Shown here: piece by piece, positions 49,190-61,403 of the stretch
Layout of the letters: each line of letters starts with the position of its first letter
Numbering within the stretch: position 1 is the first letter of the stretch
Origin: Squalus acanthias
Taxonomy: Eukaryota
Reading direction: 5' to 3'
DNA: 64,000 nucleotides
Assembly (NCBI GenBank): GCA_030390025.1
Contig: CM059430.1
Span: 68,200,001-68,264,000, forward strand
The notes under the pieces: generated by a model
Told to the model about the DNA's origin: nothing
What the model saw: the letters and a program-made list of their open reading frames with translations, nothing else
Database searches by the model: none
Program-made: the position numbers and the translations under genes

Positions 49190-51255
49190 TCTACGATCCT
49201 TTCAGGCAGTAAGTTCCAGACCCCCACCACTCTCTGGGTGAAAAAAGTTCTCCTCAAATCCCCTCTAATCCTTCTACCAATTACTTTAAATCTATGCCCC
49301 CTGGTTATTGACTTTTCTGGGAAGGGAAATAGGTCCTTCCTATCCACTCTATCTCGGCCCCTCATAATTTTATACACCTCAATTAAGTCTCCCCTCAGCC
49401 TCCTCTGCTCCAAAGAAAACCACCCCTGCCTATCCAATCTTTCCTCTTAGCTAAAATTCAACAGTCCTGGCAACATCCTCGTAAATCTCCTCTGTACCCT
49501 CTCTAGTGCAATCACACCTTTCCTGTAATGTGGTGACCAGAACTCTGTGCAGTACTCGAGCTGTGGCCTAAATAGTGTTTTATACAGTTCAAGCGTAACC
49601 CCCCGGCTCTTATAGTCTATGCCTCAGCTAATAAAGGAAAGTATCCCGTATGCCTTCTTAACCACCTTATCTATCTGTTCAGCTACCTTCAGGGATCTGT
49701 GGACATGCACTTCAACGTCTCTCTGTTCCTCTACACTTCTCAATATCCTACCATTTATTGTCTATTCCCTTGCCTTGTTAGCCCTCCCCAAATGCATTAC
49801 CATACGCTTCTCCAGATTGAATTCCATTTGCCAGTTTTCTGCCCACCTGACCAGTCCATTGATATTTTCCTGCAGTCTACAGCTTCCTCACTATCAACCA
49901 CATGGACAATTTTTGTATCATCTGCAAACTTCTTAATCATGCCCCTTACATTGAGGTCCAAATCATTGATATATACCACAAAAAGCAAAGGGCCTAATAC
50001 TGAGCCCTTCGGAACCTCACTGGAAACAACCTTACATGTCACAAAAACACCCGTGAACAATTACCCTTTGCTTCTTGCCACTGAGCCAATTTTGGACCCA
50101 ACTTGCTACTTTCCCTTGGATCCCATGGGCTTTTCCTTTTCTGTCCAGTCTGCCATGTGGGACCGTGTCAAAAGCCTTGCTAAAATCCATGTAGATTACA
50201 ACGATCTAGCTACCCTCATCGATCCTCCTTATTACCTCCTCAAAAAATTCAATCAAATTAGTCAGACACGACCTTCGCTTAACAAATTAATGCTGACTGC
50301 CCTTGATTAATCTGTGCCTTTCTAAATGATGATTAATACTGTCCCTCAGTACTTTTTCCAATAATTTGCCCACCACCGAGGTTCGGCTGATTGGCCTGCA
50401 GTTACTTGGTGTATCCATTTCTCCCTTTTAAACAATGGTACAACGTTAGCTGTCCTCAAACACCACACCTGTCGCCAGAGAGGATTGGCATATGATGGTC
50501 AAAGCCTCCGTTATTTCCTCCCTTGCTTCTCTTAACAGCCTGGGATGCATTTCATTCGGGCCTGGCGATTTATGATCATTCAAAGATGCTGAACCCCATA
50601 ATATTTCCTCTCTTACCATGTTTATCTCATCTAATATTTCACACTCCTCCTCAACTACAATGTCTGCATCGTCCCTCTCTTTTGTGAAGACGGACGACGC
50701 AAAGTATTCATTAAGAGCCATACCCATGTCTTCTGCCTCCACACACAGGTTACCTTTTTGGTCTCTAATAGGCCCTACTCTTTCATTAGTTATCCTCTTG
50801 CTCTTTATGTATTTATAAAACATCTTTGGGTTCTCCTTGATTTTACTTGCCAATACTTTTTCAAGCCCGCTCTTTACTCTCCTAATTTCCTTTTTAATCT
50901 CACCCCTGCACTTTCTAAACTCCTCTCGACTTTCTGCAGTATTTAGCTCATGGTATCTGACATAAGCTTCCCTTTTTTTCCCTTTATTCTACCCTGTATA
51001 CCGCTTGACATCCAGGGGGCTCTAGATTTGGACATCCCACCCTAATTCTTTGTGGGAACATATTTGCTCTGAATCCTCACTATCTCCTCCTTAGATGCCT
51101 CCCACTGCTCTGACACTGATTCACCTTCAAGTAGCTGTTTTCAGTCCAACTTTGCTAAATCAAACTCAGGTTAGTAAAATTGGCCTTTCCCCAGTTGAGA
51201 ACTTTTACACCTGGTCTATATTTGTCCTTTTCCATAACTATGCTGAATCTAATAT
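49190..51255 (-). mobile_element. CR1 LINE ORF2 fragment (end of endonuclease region through RT), frameshifted
   Basis: LNWGKANF, KIKENPKMFYKYI, KSPGP..HPRLLRE, VPKGSVLGPLLF..FADDTK, FSLEQRRLRGDLIE, FFTQRVV..WN. Confidence 0.9.
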
Positions 51256-51278
51256 CTCGGTAAAGATAAACAGACTTG

Positions 51279-53468
51279 TAGCTGCACAGGGGAGAGGGGA
51301 CCAGCAGAGGGGCGACCAGCAGAGAGGGGACCCGTAGAGGGGTGACCAGCAGAGAGGGGACCAGCAGAGAGGCGACCAGCAGAGAGGCGACCAGCAGAGA
51401 GGGGACCCGTAGAGAGGTGACCAGCAGAGAGGGGACCAGCAGAGAGGGGACCCGTAGAGAGGTGACCAGCAGAGAGGGGACCAGCAGAGAGGGGACCCGT
51501 AGAGAGGGGACCAGCAGAGAGGGGACCCATAGAGAGGGGACCAGCAGAGAGGCGACCAGCAGAGAAGGGACCAGCAGAGAGGGGACCCGTAGAGAGGGGA
51601 ACAGCAGAGAGGCAACCAGCAGAGAGGGGACCCGTAGAGAGGGGACCAGCAGAGAGGGAGAGGGAACCAGCAGAGAGGCGACCAGCAGAGAAGGGACCAG
51701 CAGAGAGGGGACCCATAGAGAGGGGACCAGCAGAGAGGCGACCAGCAGAGAGGCGACCAGCAGAGAGGGGACCCGTAGAGAGGGAGAGGGGACCAGCAGA
51801 GAGGGGACCCGTAGAGAGGGGACCAGCAGAGAGGGGACCATAGAGAGGGGACCAGCAGAGAGGCGACCAGCAGAGAAGGGACCAGCAGAGAGGGGACCCG
51901 TAGAGAGGGGAACAGCAGAGAGGCAACCAGCAGAGAGGGGACCCGTAGAGAGGGGACCAGCAGAGAGGGGACCCATAGAGAGGGAACCAGCAGAGAGGCG
52001 ACCAGCAGAGAAGGGACCAGCAGAGAGGGGACCCATAGAGAGGGGACCAGCAGAGAGGCGACCAGCAGAGAAGGGACCAGCAGAGAGGGGACCCGTAGAG
52101 AGGGGAACAGCAGAGAGGCAACCAGCAGAGAGGGGACCAGCAGAGAGGCGGCCAGCAGAGAGGGGACCCGTAGAGAGGGGAACAGCAGAGAGGGGAATAG
52201 CAGAGAGGGGACCAGCAGAGAGGCGACCAGCAGAGAGGGGACCCGTAGAGAGGTGACCAGCAGAGAGGGGACCCGTAGAGAGGTGACCAGCAGAGAGGGG
52301 ACCAGCAGAGAGGGGACCCGTAGAGAGGTGACCAGCAGAGAGGGGACCAGCAGAGAGGGGACCCGTAGAGAGGTGACCAGCAGAGAGGGGACCAGCAGAG
52401 AGGGGACCAGCAGAGAGGTGCCACTCGCAGAAGGCGCTACCCATGAAACAGAGTCTACAGGTAGAGGCTCAGTTTCCTTGACAGGTCTGAACACCAGTGT
52501 CTCAAGAGCCTCAGGATGTCATGTCACGTGGTGGCAGACATCTGCAGCCTCCTAGAGGACCTGCTGCCTGCTGGACCAGGTGGCCACGCGTTACTAGTGA
52601 CTGTCAAAGTCACTCCACCCCCCTCAACTTTTTTTGCGTCCGGATCCTTCCAGGGCTCTGCTGCAGACATATCCAGCATCTCCCAGTCGGCCGCCCACAA
52701 CTGCACAAGACAAGTCACTGATGGGTTGTTTGCCAGGGCCGGCAATTATGTCAACTTTGCCTGCGATAATACCAGTCAGAATGAGCGGACGCTCGGCTTT
52801 GCGGCTCTGGCTGGCTTCCCACAGGTGCAAGGTGCCATCGACTGCTCACATGTGGCAGTCTGGGCACTCCCAGAGCAACCAGGAATATTCGTCAACCGCA
52901 AGGGCTTCCACTCCATCAATGGGCAGCTGGTGCGCAACCACAAAAAGACGTTAATGCCGGTGTGTGCAAGATTCCCGGGCAGCTGCCATGATGCTTTTCT
53001 CCTGCGACTCTCCAAGCACCGTGATCTCTTCGGACCTGGAAGCAGACCTAAGGGATGGCTGCTAGACAACAAGGGACACACACTGCAAACGTGGCTCATG
53101 CCACCCGTCAGAAACCCCAACACTGAAGTCCAACAGCGCTACAATGAATGCCATATCACCACCAGATATGTGAATGAACAGGCCATCGGCATGCTGAAGA
53201 TGCGCTTCAGGTGCTGGATAGATCTGCAGGCGCCCTTCAGTATGCACCAACCAGAGCCTCAGGAATGGTTGTGGTTTTCTGTACGCTGCACAACACTGCG
53301 CAACAGCGAGGCTTGGATCTGCAGATGGACCAAGGCGACGAGCTCAGATCCTCCTCGGATGATTCAGACTGGGAGGAGGAAGAAGAGGAGGAGGGTGATG
53401 AGGGCGATGCACCCTCAGCTGCTCACATTGCTGCCCGGGATGTCCTTATTAATGCAAGGTTCACTTAG
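51279..53468 (+). pseudogene. Harbinger C transposase remnant (stops, frameshifts, minisatellite in N-terminus)
   Basis: AAQGRGDQQR[repeat]GATRRRRYP*NRVYR*RLSFL.., then ORF 52516.. (AIDCSH, NRKGFHSIN, PGSCHDAF) and 53211..53468 (GALQY, CTLHN, acidic tail, ARFT*). Confidence 0.88.
51293..52419. repeat. 15-bp purine-rich minisatellite (GGGGACCAGCAGAGA and variants), about 75 units
   Basis: Directly visible; produces the repetitive ORFs 51155..52444, 51238..52494 and 51342..52256. Confidence 0.95.
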
Positions 53469-53762
53469 GTTGCACCAGTAGACCCATGTCAGCAGAAAAT
53501 GCAACGGCAACTCTTCCCCCTCCCCTCCCCCACAATGCCACTGACACAAAGCAGCCTTGCAACCAACCAACCACCCCTTGAACATTCCCACATTGGTCCC
53601 CGTCAATTCATGTCTTCACACTCATCATCAAACGACTTAGAAGGCCGCTTACCACCCAGCACCCAAGAATGGACAAGGCGGGAAAGTGGTGAAAAAGAAT
53701 AACATTTATTTGACCTAAAAAAAGAACAAGAAGTTATCAAAACATTTTCTCAGACACCTATG

Positions 53763-54978
53763 TGTTTTTTTTTATTTGTTTTATGGGATGTGGGCGTCGC
53801 TGACAAGGACAGCATTTATTGCCCATCACTAATTGCCCTCGAGAAGGTGGTGGTGAGCCGTCTTCTTGAACCGCTGCAGTCCGTGTGGTGAAGGTACTCC
53901 CACGGTGCTGTTAGGGAGGGAGTTCTGGGATTTTGACCCAGCGACGATGAAGGATCGGCGATTTACTTCTAAGTCAGGATGGTGTGTGACTTGGAGGGGA
54001 ACTTGGAGGTGGTGGTGTTCCCATGCACCTGTTGCCCTTGTCCTTCTAGGTGGAAGAGGTCGTGGGTTTGGGAGGTGCTGCCGAAGAAGCCTTGGCAAGA
54101 TGCTGCAGTGCATCTTCGAGATGGTACACACTGCAGCCACGGTACGCCGGTGGTGGAGGGAGTGAATGTTTAAGGTGGTGGATGGGGTGCCAATCAAGTG
54201 GGCTGCTTTGTCCTGGATGGTGTCGAGCTTCTTGAGTGTTGTTGGAGCTGCACTCATCCAGGCAAGTGCAGAGTATTCCATCACACTCCTTACTTGTGCC
54301 TTGTAGATGGTGGAAAGGTTTTGGGGAGTCAGGAGGTGAGACACTCGCCGCAGAATACCAAGTCTCTCACCTGCTCTTGTTGCCACAGTATTTATGTGGC
54401 TGGTCCTGTTAAGTTTCTGGTCAATGGTGACCCCCAGGATGTTGATGGTGGGGGATTCGGTGATGGTAATACCGTTGAATGTCAAGGGGAGGTTGTTAGA
54501 TTCTCACTTGTTGAAGATAGTCATTGCCTGGCACTTCTGTGGTGCGAATGTTACCTGCCACTTATCAGCCCACGCCTGAACGTCATCCAGGTCTTGTTGC
54601 ATGTGGGCATGGACTGCTTCATTATCTGAGGAGTTATGAATGGCACTGAACACTGTGCAGTCATCAACAAACATCCCCATTTCTGACCTTATGTTGGAGG
54701 GAAGGTCATTGATGAAGCAGCTGAAGATGGTTGGGCCTAGGACACTGCCCTGAGGAACTCCTAAAGTGATGTCCTGGGGCTGTGATGATTGACCTTCAAC
54801 CACCACAAACATCTTCCTTTGTGCTAGGTATGACTCCAGCCAGTGGCGCGTTTTCCCCCCGATTACCATTGACTCCAGTTTTACGAGGGCTTCTTGATGC
54901 CACACTCGGTCAAATGCTGCCTTGATGTCAAGGGCAGCCACTCTCACCTCACCTCCTGGAATTCAGCTCTTTTGTCCA
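53763..54978 (-). mobile_element. CR1/L2-group LINE, 5'-truncated (same family as 76-1122)
   Basis: ORFs 54504..54947 ([26 protein letters not shown]) and 53829..54485; poly(T) tail at about 53765. Confidence 0.9.
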
Positions 54979-54979
54979 T

Positions 54980-55086
54980 TTCATCACTCAGAGGGTGGTG
55001 AAACTTTGGAATTCTCTACTCCAGAGAACTGCGGCGGTTCAGTCGTTGAGTATATTCAAGACAGAGATCGATAGATTTTTGAATAT
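54980..55086 (+). mobile_element. Short CR1 3' fragment
   Basis: (F)TQRVVKLWNSL..FKTEIDRFL motif. Confidence 0.6.
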
Positions 55087-57023
55087 TAAGGGAATCAAGT
55101 GATATGGCCATCTGCAGACTCAGCCACTGGAAGTCAGCAGCCTTCCACCAGCCATGCTGCAGCCACTGCAGGAGCACTTTGTATCAGCACTAGATTAGGA
55201 AAAGGTACACGAAAGACAGCCACTAAGGGACTGCACAAGGGTCATCAGTTGACTTTGTTCTTTTGATAAATTTATAAATGATGTTTGGAATGTGTGTTTT
55301 GTGTCATTTGAGCTTTGTGCCTAGGAGGACGTTGTGATGTTCTGTGACAGAGGGATGGTAAGATGGGGAAGCGGTGAGCAACGGGGATCTGAGGTTTCAT
55401 TCACTGGAACCGGAGTCTGATGAGACGCTCACGCACATCCCGTCCGGAATGGGGATCTGCTGCCTGCCTCCTCCCTTCCTTCTCCTCCTGAGGTGGTCCT
55501 GGAACCCGTAGTGGCAAGGGCTGCGCCTTCATGATGGGAAAGTTGTGCAGCGTGCAGCAGACCACCACAAAATGGGACAGCTGCTCTGGCGTGTATTGGA
55601 GGGCTCCCGCCAAGCGGTCAAGGCAGCGGAACCGTTGCTCGAGCACCCCGATGGTCTGCTCGATGATGTTCCTCGTGGCAGCATGGCTGTCATTATATGA
55701 GTTCTGGCCATTATATGAGTGCTGGCCTCGAGTGGTTGGGTTACGGAGGGGAGTCCTCAGCCGGGTGTGGAGCAGCCACCCTCGGGTTCGACGTGGTGGC
55801 TGGAAGATTGCAGGCACACCGGACTGGCGCAGGATGAAGGCATTATGACTGCTGCCAGGATACCAGGCATTCACCTTCATGATGTGCTGGGCGTGGTCAC
55901 ACAACAACTGCACACTAAGTGAGTGGGAGCCTTTGTGGTTGCCGTACATCTCAGGATTGATATACGGTGCCCGCAAAGCCACATGTGTGCAATAGATAGC
56001 ACCCCGCACCTGGGGAAGCCAGATATCCTGGCAAAGTCACATGCGCATTCCTCCTGCTTCTCTCCGTTGAAAGAGAAGACAATGAAGTCCCTTCTCCGCG
56101 AGTACAGAGCCTCTGTGAGCTCCCGGATGCAGCGATGGATGGCGAACTGGGAGATGTTAGCTATGTCTCCTGGTATAGACTGGAAGGATCTGGTGGCGAA
56201 AAATTGAGGGCCGCGATGACTTTGCGGGCCACTGGAGAGCTGTCGTCGTCCTGCTCTGAGGCTGCAGGTCTGGTTGCAGGAGGTGGCAGAGTTCTGTGAC
56301 CACCACCTTGATGAAGCGGAGCCTCCTAATACGCTGCTCCTGGCTTAGGTACAGGAAGGAGAAAAGCTCCCTGAAGACCCTAGGTGAGTAAGGATTCCTG
56401 CTGAGAGCCCTCTTCTTCTTCCTCCTCCCCCCTCTGTGAGCATCTTGTCTTCTTCTTCACTGCCTCCACTCCGTCTTCCTGTCATACTCCAGCGGGGGAG
56501 GGACTGCGAGTAGAGCCCTCATGACTGGGAGCAAGTGGTGTGAGCAGAACCCTTTAAATGAGAAGCAAGGCGTTCTCCACTTGCAGCAACACTCCCCGTT
56601 ACCTCAGCAACTTTAAATAACTTTAGAAAGCTCCAAACAGTTGCACAAACTTACACAGAGCCAGTAGAACTGAAAAAGCAAGTCAGCTGCAAGTTGTTTA
56701 TGATCCCTTTAAATAGCGCTCCTGGGGGGTCCTTCCTGCTGCTGAATGGAAGGTCAGCTGGTCGTGATTAGGAGAGGGTGTTAATTGGAGCGCCGAGGTC
56801 GAAAATGGCAGATCATGCGTCAAATCAGCCTTGCACACTCAATGATATCACGATCTGCCTCATCTAAATATCTGGAGTGAGCGCAGGAAACGTCAGCGCT
56901 GCCTAACTGCCCAAAATGGCAGGCGCTACAGGACCCGCCGGAAGCGGACGGAAATGAGGCCGCCGGACTTTATCTTCCAAACCGGCCTTAACAGCAGGCG
57001 CTAAAGGCTCCAACTTTGCGGCC
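55087..57023 (-). mobile_element. Harbinger D remnant: decayed transposase (56522-55401, minus), 3' tip of convergent Myb gene (about 55087-55235, plus), one TIR
   Basis: ORF 55401..56009 (AIYCTHVALRAP, ATRNIIEQTIGVL.QRFRCL, CCTLHN); QQPSTSHAAAT at about 55135 mirrors QQPSTSLAAAT of the element B Myb C-terminus; end rc ggccgcaaagtt at 57012-57023 followed by ATT. Confidence 0.8.
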
Positions 57024-58201
57024 ATTTTGTTTAAGTTAATCAAGACGACTCACTGATTTCGGCAATGATTGTGTAATGATACAAAATAATGAACACACTA
57101 AGGTAAGCTGTACTGATTAAATTGAGTGGCTGCGATTTTCCCTACCTCGGCGGGTCCGTGGCAGGCAACGTCGGTGGTGGGTCCCGGCCCTGCTGCTGGC
57201 TCCAGCCCGCTGTGTAGAATGAATTTACCTTGATTGGTCTTGTTAAGCCCGCCCAGCACGTTTCCCAGTCCAACTGAAGGAAGCGGGTCTGATGACGTCA
57301 TTTGATGATGTGTCATCAGCCGATTTCCTTAAAGGGACCATGCGCAAATTTACTTTGACATTTGTGCCGTCAGTGTTCCACAGCATTGAGGTGCTGCTGT
57401 GAAGGAATAGACAGGATTCAGAAAAATACACGATACTAAAAACAGATTTCTGAAATTATTAATAAATGACATACTGGGTTTAAAAGACATAAGCCTTAGC
57501 AGACACAGGCTGCAGGCACAATACAGGCTTCTGAGATAAAGATCAGTTATTCACAAGTTGTAAAACACCACAGGCTTTGAAATGGGAATGGGTTATTGAC
57601 CAAGAAACAAGCCCTATTGATAAAGCAAAGGTTTGCTTCCAGAGCGTCTGGACATTGGAATCAAAACAATGGAATGACTCAAGTAAAGTGTTATAATCTA
57701 ACACGTCGAACAGGTGCACAGAACATTAAAAAAACCAAGTGCCTTTGAAAAAATGACATCAAGTAAGAAATACCTGTCGTGAAATAGTTTTATGTTAAAC
57801 TTAAAGACAGGAAACACGATTAAATATGCAACCAATTGAAGTAAATTAGAAACGCATGAAGATACTGGAGAAGTGGTTTTAATTTACAAGTTGTAAAAAG
57901 TACACAAACAAGACGACTTTGAAAATATTACTTCAATGGATACATCAAGCAATCACATTGTTCTTGTATTGAACTTGGAATACCATGGAGACACAACGTC
58001 TGAAATAACCAGTTAAAGTAGTATTAGAAATTCAATAGAAAGACTTCGATAAGAATGGCATTAAACAGAAACCATTGCTGTCATTGTGTTTATGATGGTT
58101 TTGGAAACACCTAAACAAGACACAAGTCTAAAAGCTGACAGCTGAAATGACAGTAAAGAATAGAACAAAGTCAGCAAAGAATGACTTGACATAATTAGCA
58201 C

Positions 58202-59385
58202 AAGGACCCCCAGGTCCCTCTGAACTGTAGCATTTTGTAATCATTCTCCATTTAAATAATAATTTGCTTTTTTATTTTTCCTGCCAAAGTGGTAAACCTC
58301 GCACTTTCCCACATTATACTCCATCTGCCAAATGTTTGCCCACTCACTTAGTCTGTCTATATCACTTTGCAGATTATTTGAGTTTGCTGCAACAAATTGC
58401 TTTCCCACCCATCTTTGTATCATCCGCAAACTTGGCTACATTACACTCGGTCCCTTCATCCAAGTCATTAATGTCGATTGTAAATAGTTGAGGCCCCAGC
58501 ACCGATCCCTGTGGCACCCCACTAGTTACCGTTTGCCAACTGGAAAATGACCCATTAATCCCGATTCTCTGCTTTCTGTTACTTAGCCAATTCTCTATCC
58601 ATGCTAATATATTGCCCCTAACTCCGTGAGCTCTTATCTTATGCAGTAAATTTTTATGTGGCACCTTGTCGAATGCCTTCTGGAAATCCAAATACACCAC
58701 ATCCACTGGCTCAGCATTATTCACCCTCCTCGTTACATCCTCAAAGAACTCCAGCAAATTTGTTAAACATGATTCCCTTTCATAAAACCATGCTAACTCT
58801 GCTTGATTGCATTATGATTTTCCAAATGCCCTGCTACTGCTTCCTTAATGAAGGACTCCAGCATTTTCCCAACGACAGATGTTAGGCTAACTGGTCTATA
58901 GTTTCCTGCTTTCTGTCTCCCTCCTTTCTTAAATAGGGTTGTTGCATTTGCAGTTTTCCAATCTGCTGGGACCTCTCCAGAATCCAGGGAATTTTGGTAC
59001 AGTGCAACCAATGCATCCACTATCTCTGCAGCCACTTCTTTTCAGACCCTGGGATGCAGGCCATCTGGTCCAGGGGACTTGTCGTCTTTTAGTCCCATTA
59101 TTTTACCAAGTACTTTTTCCTTAGTGATGGTGATTGTCTTTAGTTCCCCCCTCCATGTGGCCCCTTGATTGTCCATTATTGGAATGTTGTTAGTGTCTTC
59201 TACCGTGTTCAGAGTCTCTGCCATTTCCCCGTTCCCCATTATTAATTCTCTATTCTCATCCTCTAAGGGACCAATGTTTACTTTAGCTACTCTCTTCCTT
59301 TTTATATACCTGTAGAAGCTCTTACTTTCTGTTTTAATATTTCTTGCCAGTTTACTCTCATAATTCATCTTCTCTCTCTTTATTA
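58202..59385 (-). mobile_element. CR1 LINE RT fragment
   Basis: ORFs 59042.., 58793.. (NYRPVSLTS), 58374.. ([25 protein letters not shown]). Confidence 0.9.
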
Positions 59386-59794
59386 TTGGAAACACTTCTT
59401 CACACAAACAGTAGTGGAAATCTGGAACTCTCTCACCCAAAAATCTGTCGAAGCTGGGGGTCAACCTCCCTGCATTGTTCCACTGGTAAATGTGAGGCCT
59501 CACCAGGGCCTGTTGTCTCCCAAAATCGACCCCCTCCCCACTCCCGTCTCCACACCTCTCATAAATGCTCTTTGGTTCCTAGTTTTTAATCCAATTCTTT
59601 CCCTCGTTCTCCCTTCTAGCCTGAATTCCAATGGATATTCCTTTAGTTAGGGCTCATTGTATATGAACCTTCCATTACTGTACCCGCTGCCCTGTACACC
59701 TCCTCTCTGGTTCCTTTCAGTAATGTCTTATAGATGGCTTCTGGGACATGGAGATTAAGGGGTTGATTCTCACCGGCTGCTAACGATAGGAAGT

Positions 59795-61138
59795 AAAAAT
59801 TAGTACTGGAGAAATTAATGGGACTGAAAGACGATAAATCTCCTGGACCTGATGGCCCGCATCCTAAGGTTTTGAAAGAGGTGGCTGTAGAGATAGTGGA
59901 TACATTGGTCGTCATTTTCCAAAATTCCATAGATTCTGGAATGGTTCCTGCAGATTGGTAGGTAGCAAATGTAACCCCACTATTTAAGAAAGGAGGGAGA
60001 GAGAAAATGAGGAACTACAGACCAGATAGCCTGACATCAGTAGCAGGGAAAATGCTAGAATCTATTATTAAGGACGTGGTAACAGGGCACTTCGACAATA
60101 ATAACAGGATTGAGCAGAGTCAACACGGATTTATGAAAGGGAATCGTGTTTGACGAATCTGTTAGAGATTTTTGAGGTTGTAACTAGCAGAATACATAAG
60201 GGGGAACCAGTGCATGCGGTGTGTTTGGATTTTCAGAAGGCTTTCGATAAGGTGCCACACAAGAGGTTATTAAACAAAATTAGGGCTCATGGGATTGGGG
60301 GTAATATACTAACATGGATTGAGGATTGGTTAACTGACAGAAAACAGATAGTAGGAATAAACGGGTCATTTTCAGGTTGGCAGGCTGTAACTAGTGGGGT
60401 AACGCAAGGATCAGTGCTTGGGCCTCAGCTATTCACAATCTACATCAATGATTTGGATGAGGGGATCAAATATAAAATATCCAGATTTGCTGATGATACA
60501 AAGCTGGGATGGAATGTAAGTTGTGAGGAGGATGCAAGGAGGATTCAAGGGGATATAGACAGGCTAAGTGAGTGGGCAAGAACATGGCAGATGGAATATA
60601 ATGGGGAGAAATGTGAAGTTATCCACTTCGGTAGGAAAAACAGAAAATCGCTGTTTTATTTAAATGGTGAGAGAATCGGTAATGTTGGTGTTCAGAGGGA
60701 CCTGGGTCCTTGTACAAGAATCACTGAAAGTTAACATGGAGGTGAGTAGGAAAGCAAATGGTATGTTGGCCTTTATTACAAGAGAATGTGTGGAAAAGAG
60801 TAAAGACGTCTTACTGCAATTTTATAGGGCCCTGGTGAGACCACATCTGGAGTATTGTGTACAGTTTTGGTCTCCTTTCCTAAGGAAGGATATACAAAGA
60901 GGGAGTGCAACGAAGGTTCACCAAGCTGGTTCCTGGGATGGGGGGATTGTCGTATGAGGAGAGATTGAGTAGACTTGCCCTATATTCTCTAGAGTTTAGT
61001 AGAATGAGAGGTGATCTCATTGAAACATACAAAATTCTTACAGGGCTTGACAGGGTAGATGCAGGGAGAATGTTTCTCCTGGCTGGGGAGTCCAGAATCA
61101 AGGGTCACAGTCTCAGAATAATGGGTCGGCCAAGTAGG
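59795..61138 (+). mobile_element. CR1 LINE RT fragment
   Basis: ORFs 60150..60734, 60664..60957 and 60905..61207 with CR1 RT and C-terminal motifs. Confidence 0.9.
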
Positions 61139-61141
61139 ACA

Positions 61142-61403
61142 TTTTTAAAATTCGTTTATGGGTTGTGGGCGTCGCTGACAAGGCCAGCATTTATTGCCCA
61201 TCACTAATTGCCCTTGAGAAGGTGGTGGAGAGCCGCCTTCTTGAACCGCTGCAGTCCATGTGGTGAAGGTACTCCCACAGTGCTGTTCGGGAGGGAGTTC
61301 CAGGATTTTGACCCAGCGACGATGAAGGATCGGCGATATACTTCAAAGTCAGGATGGTGTGTGACTTGGAGGGGAACTTGGAGGTGGTGGTGTTCCCATG
61401 CAT
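61142..61403 (-). mobile_element. 3' 260 bp of the CR1/L2-group LINE family, inserted into the CR1 copy
   Basis: AWEHHHLQVPLQVT..KSWNSLPNS..LKGN* plus the same 3' tail as 1-72. Confidence 0.85.

Noticed and set aside
51155-52494. Long repetitive ORFs of 304-429 aa on both strands
   Set aside because: By-products of a 15-bp unit that lacks stops in several frames
57090-57420. GC-rich segment with TGACGTCA as a regulatory element or MITE
   Set aside because: Resembles transposon subterminal DNA, but I could not define paired ends or a TSD
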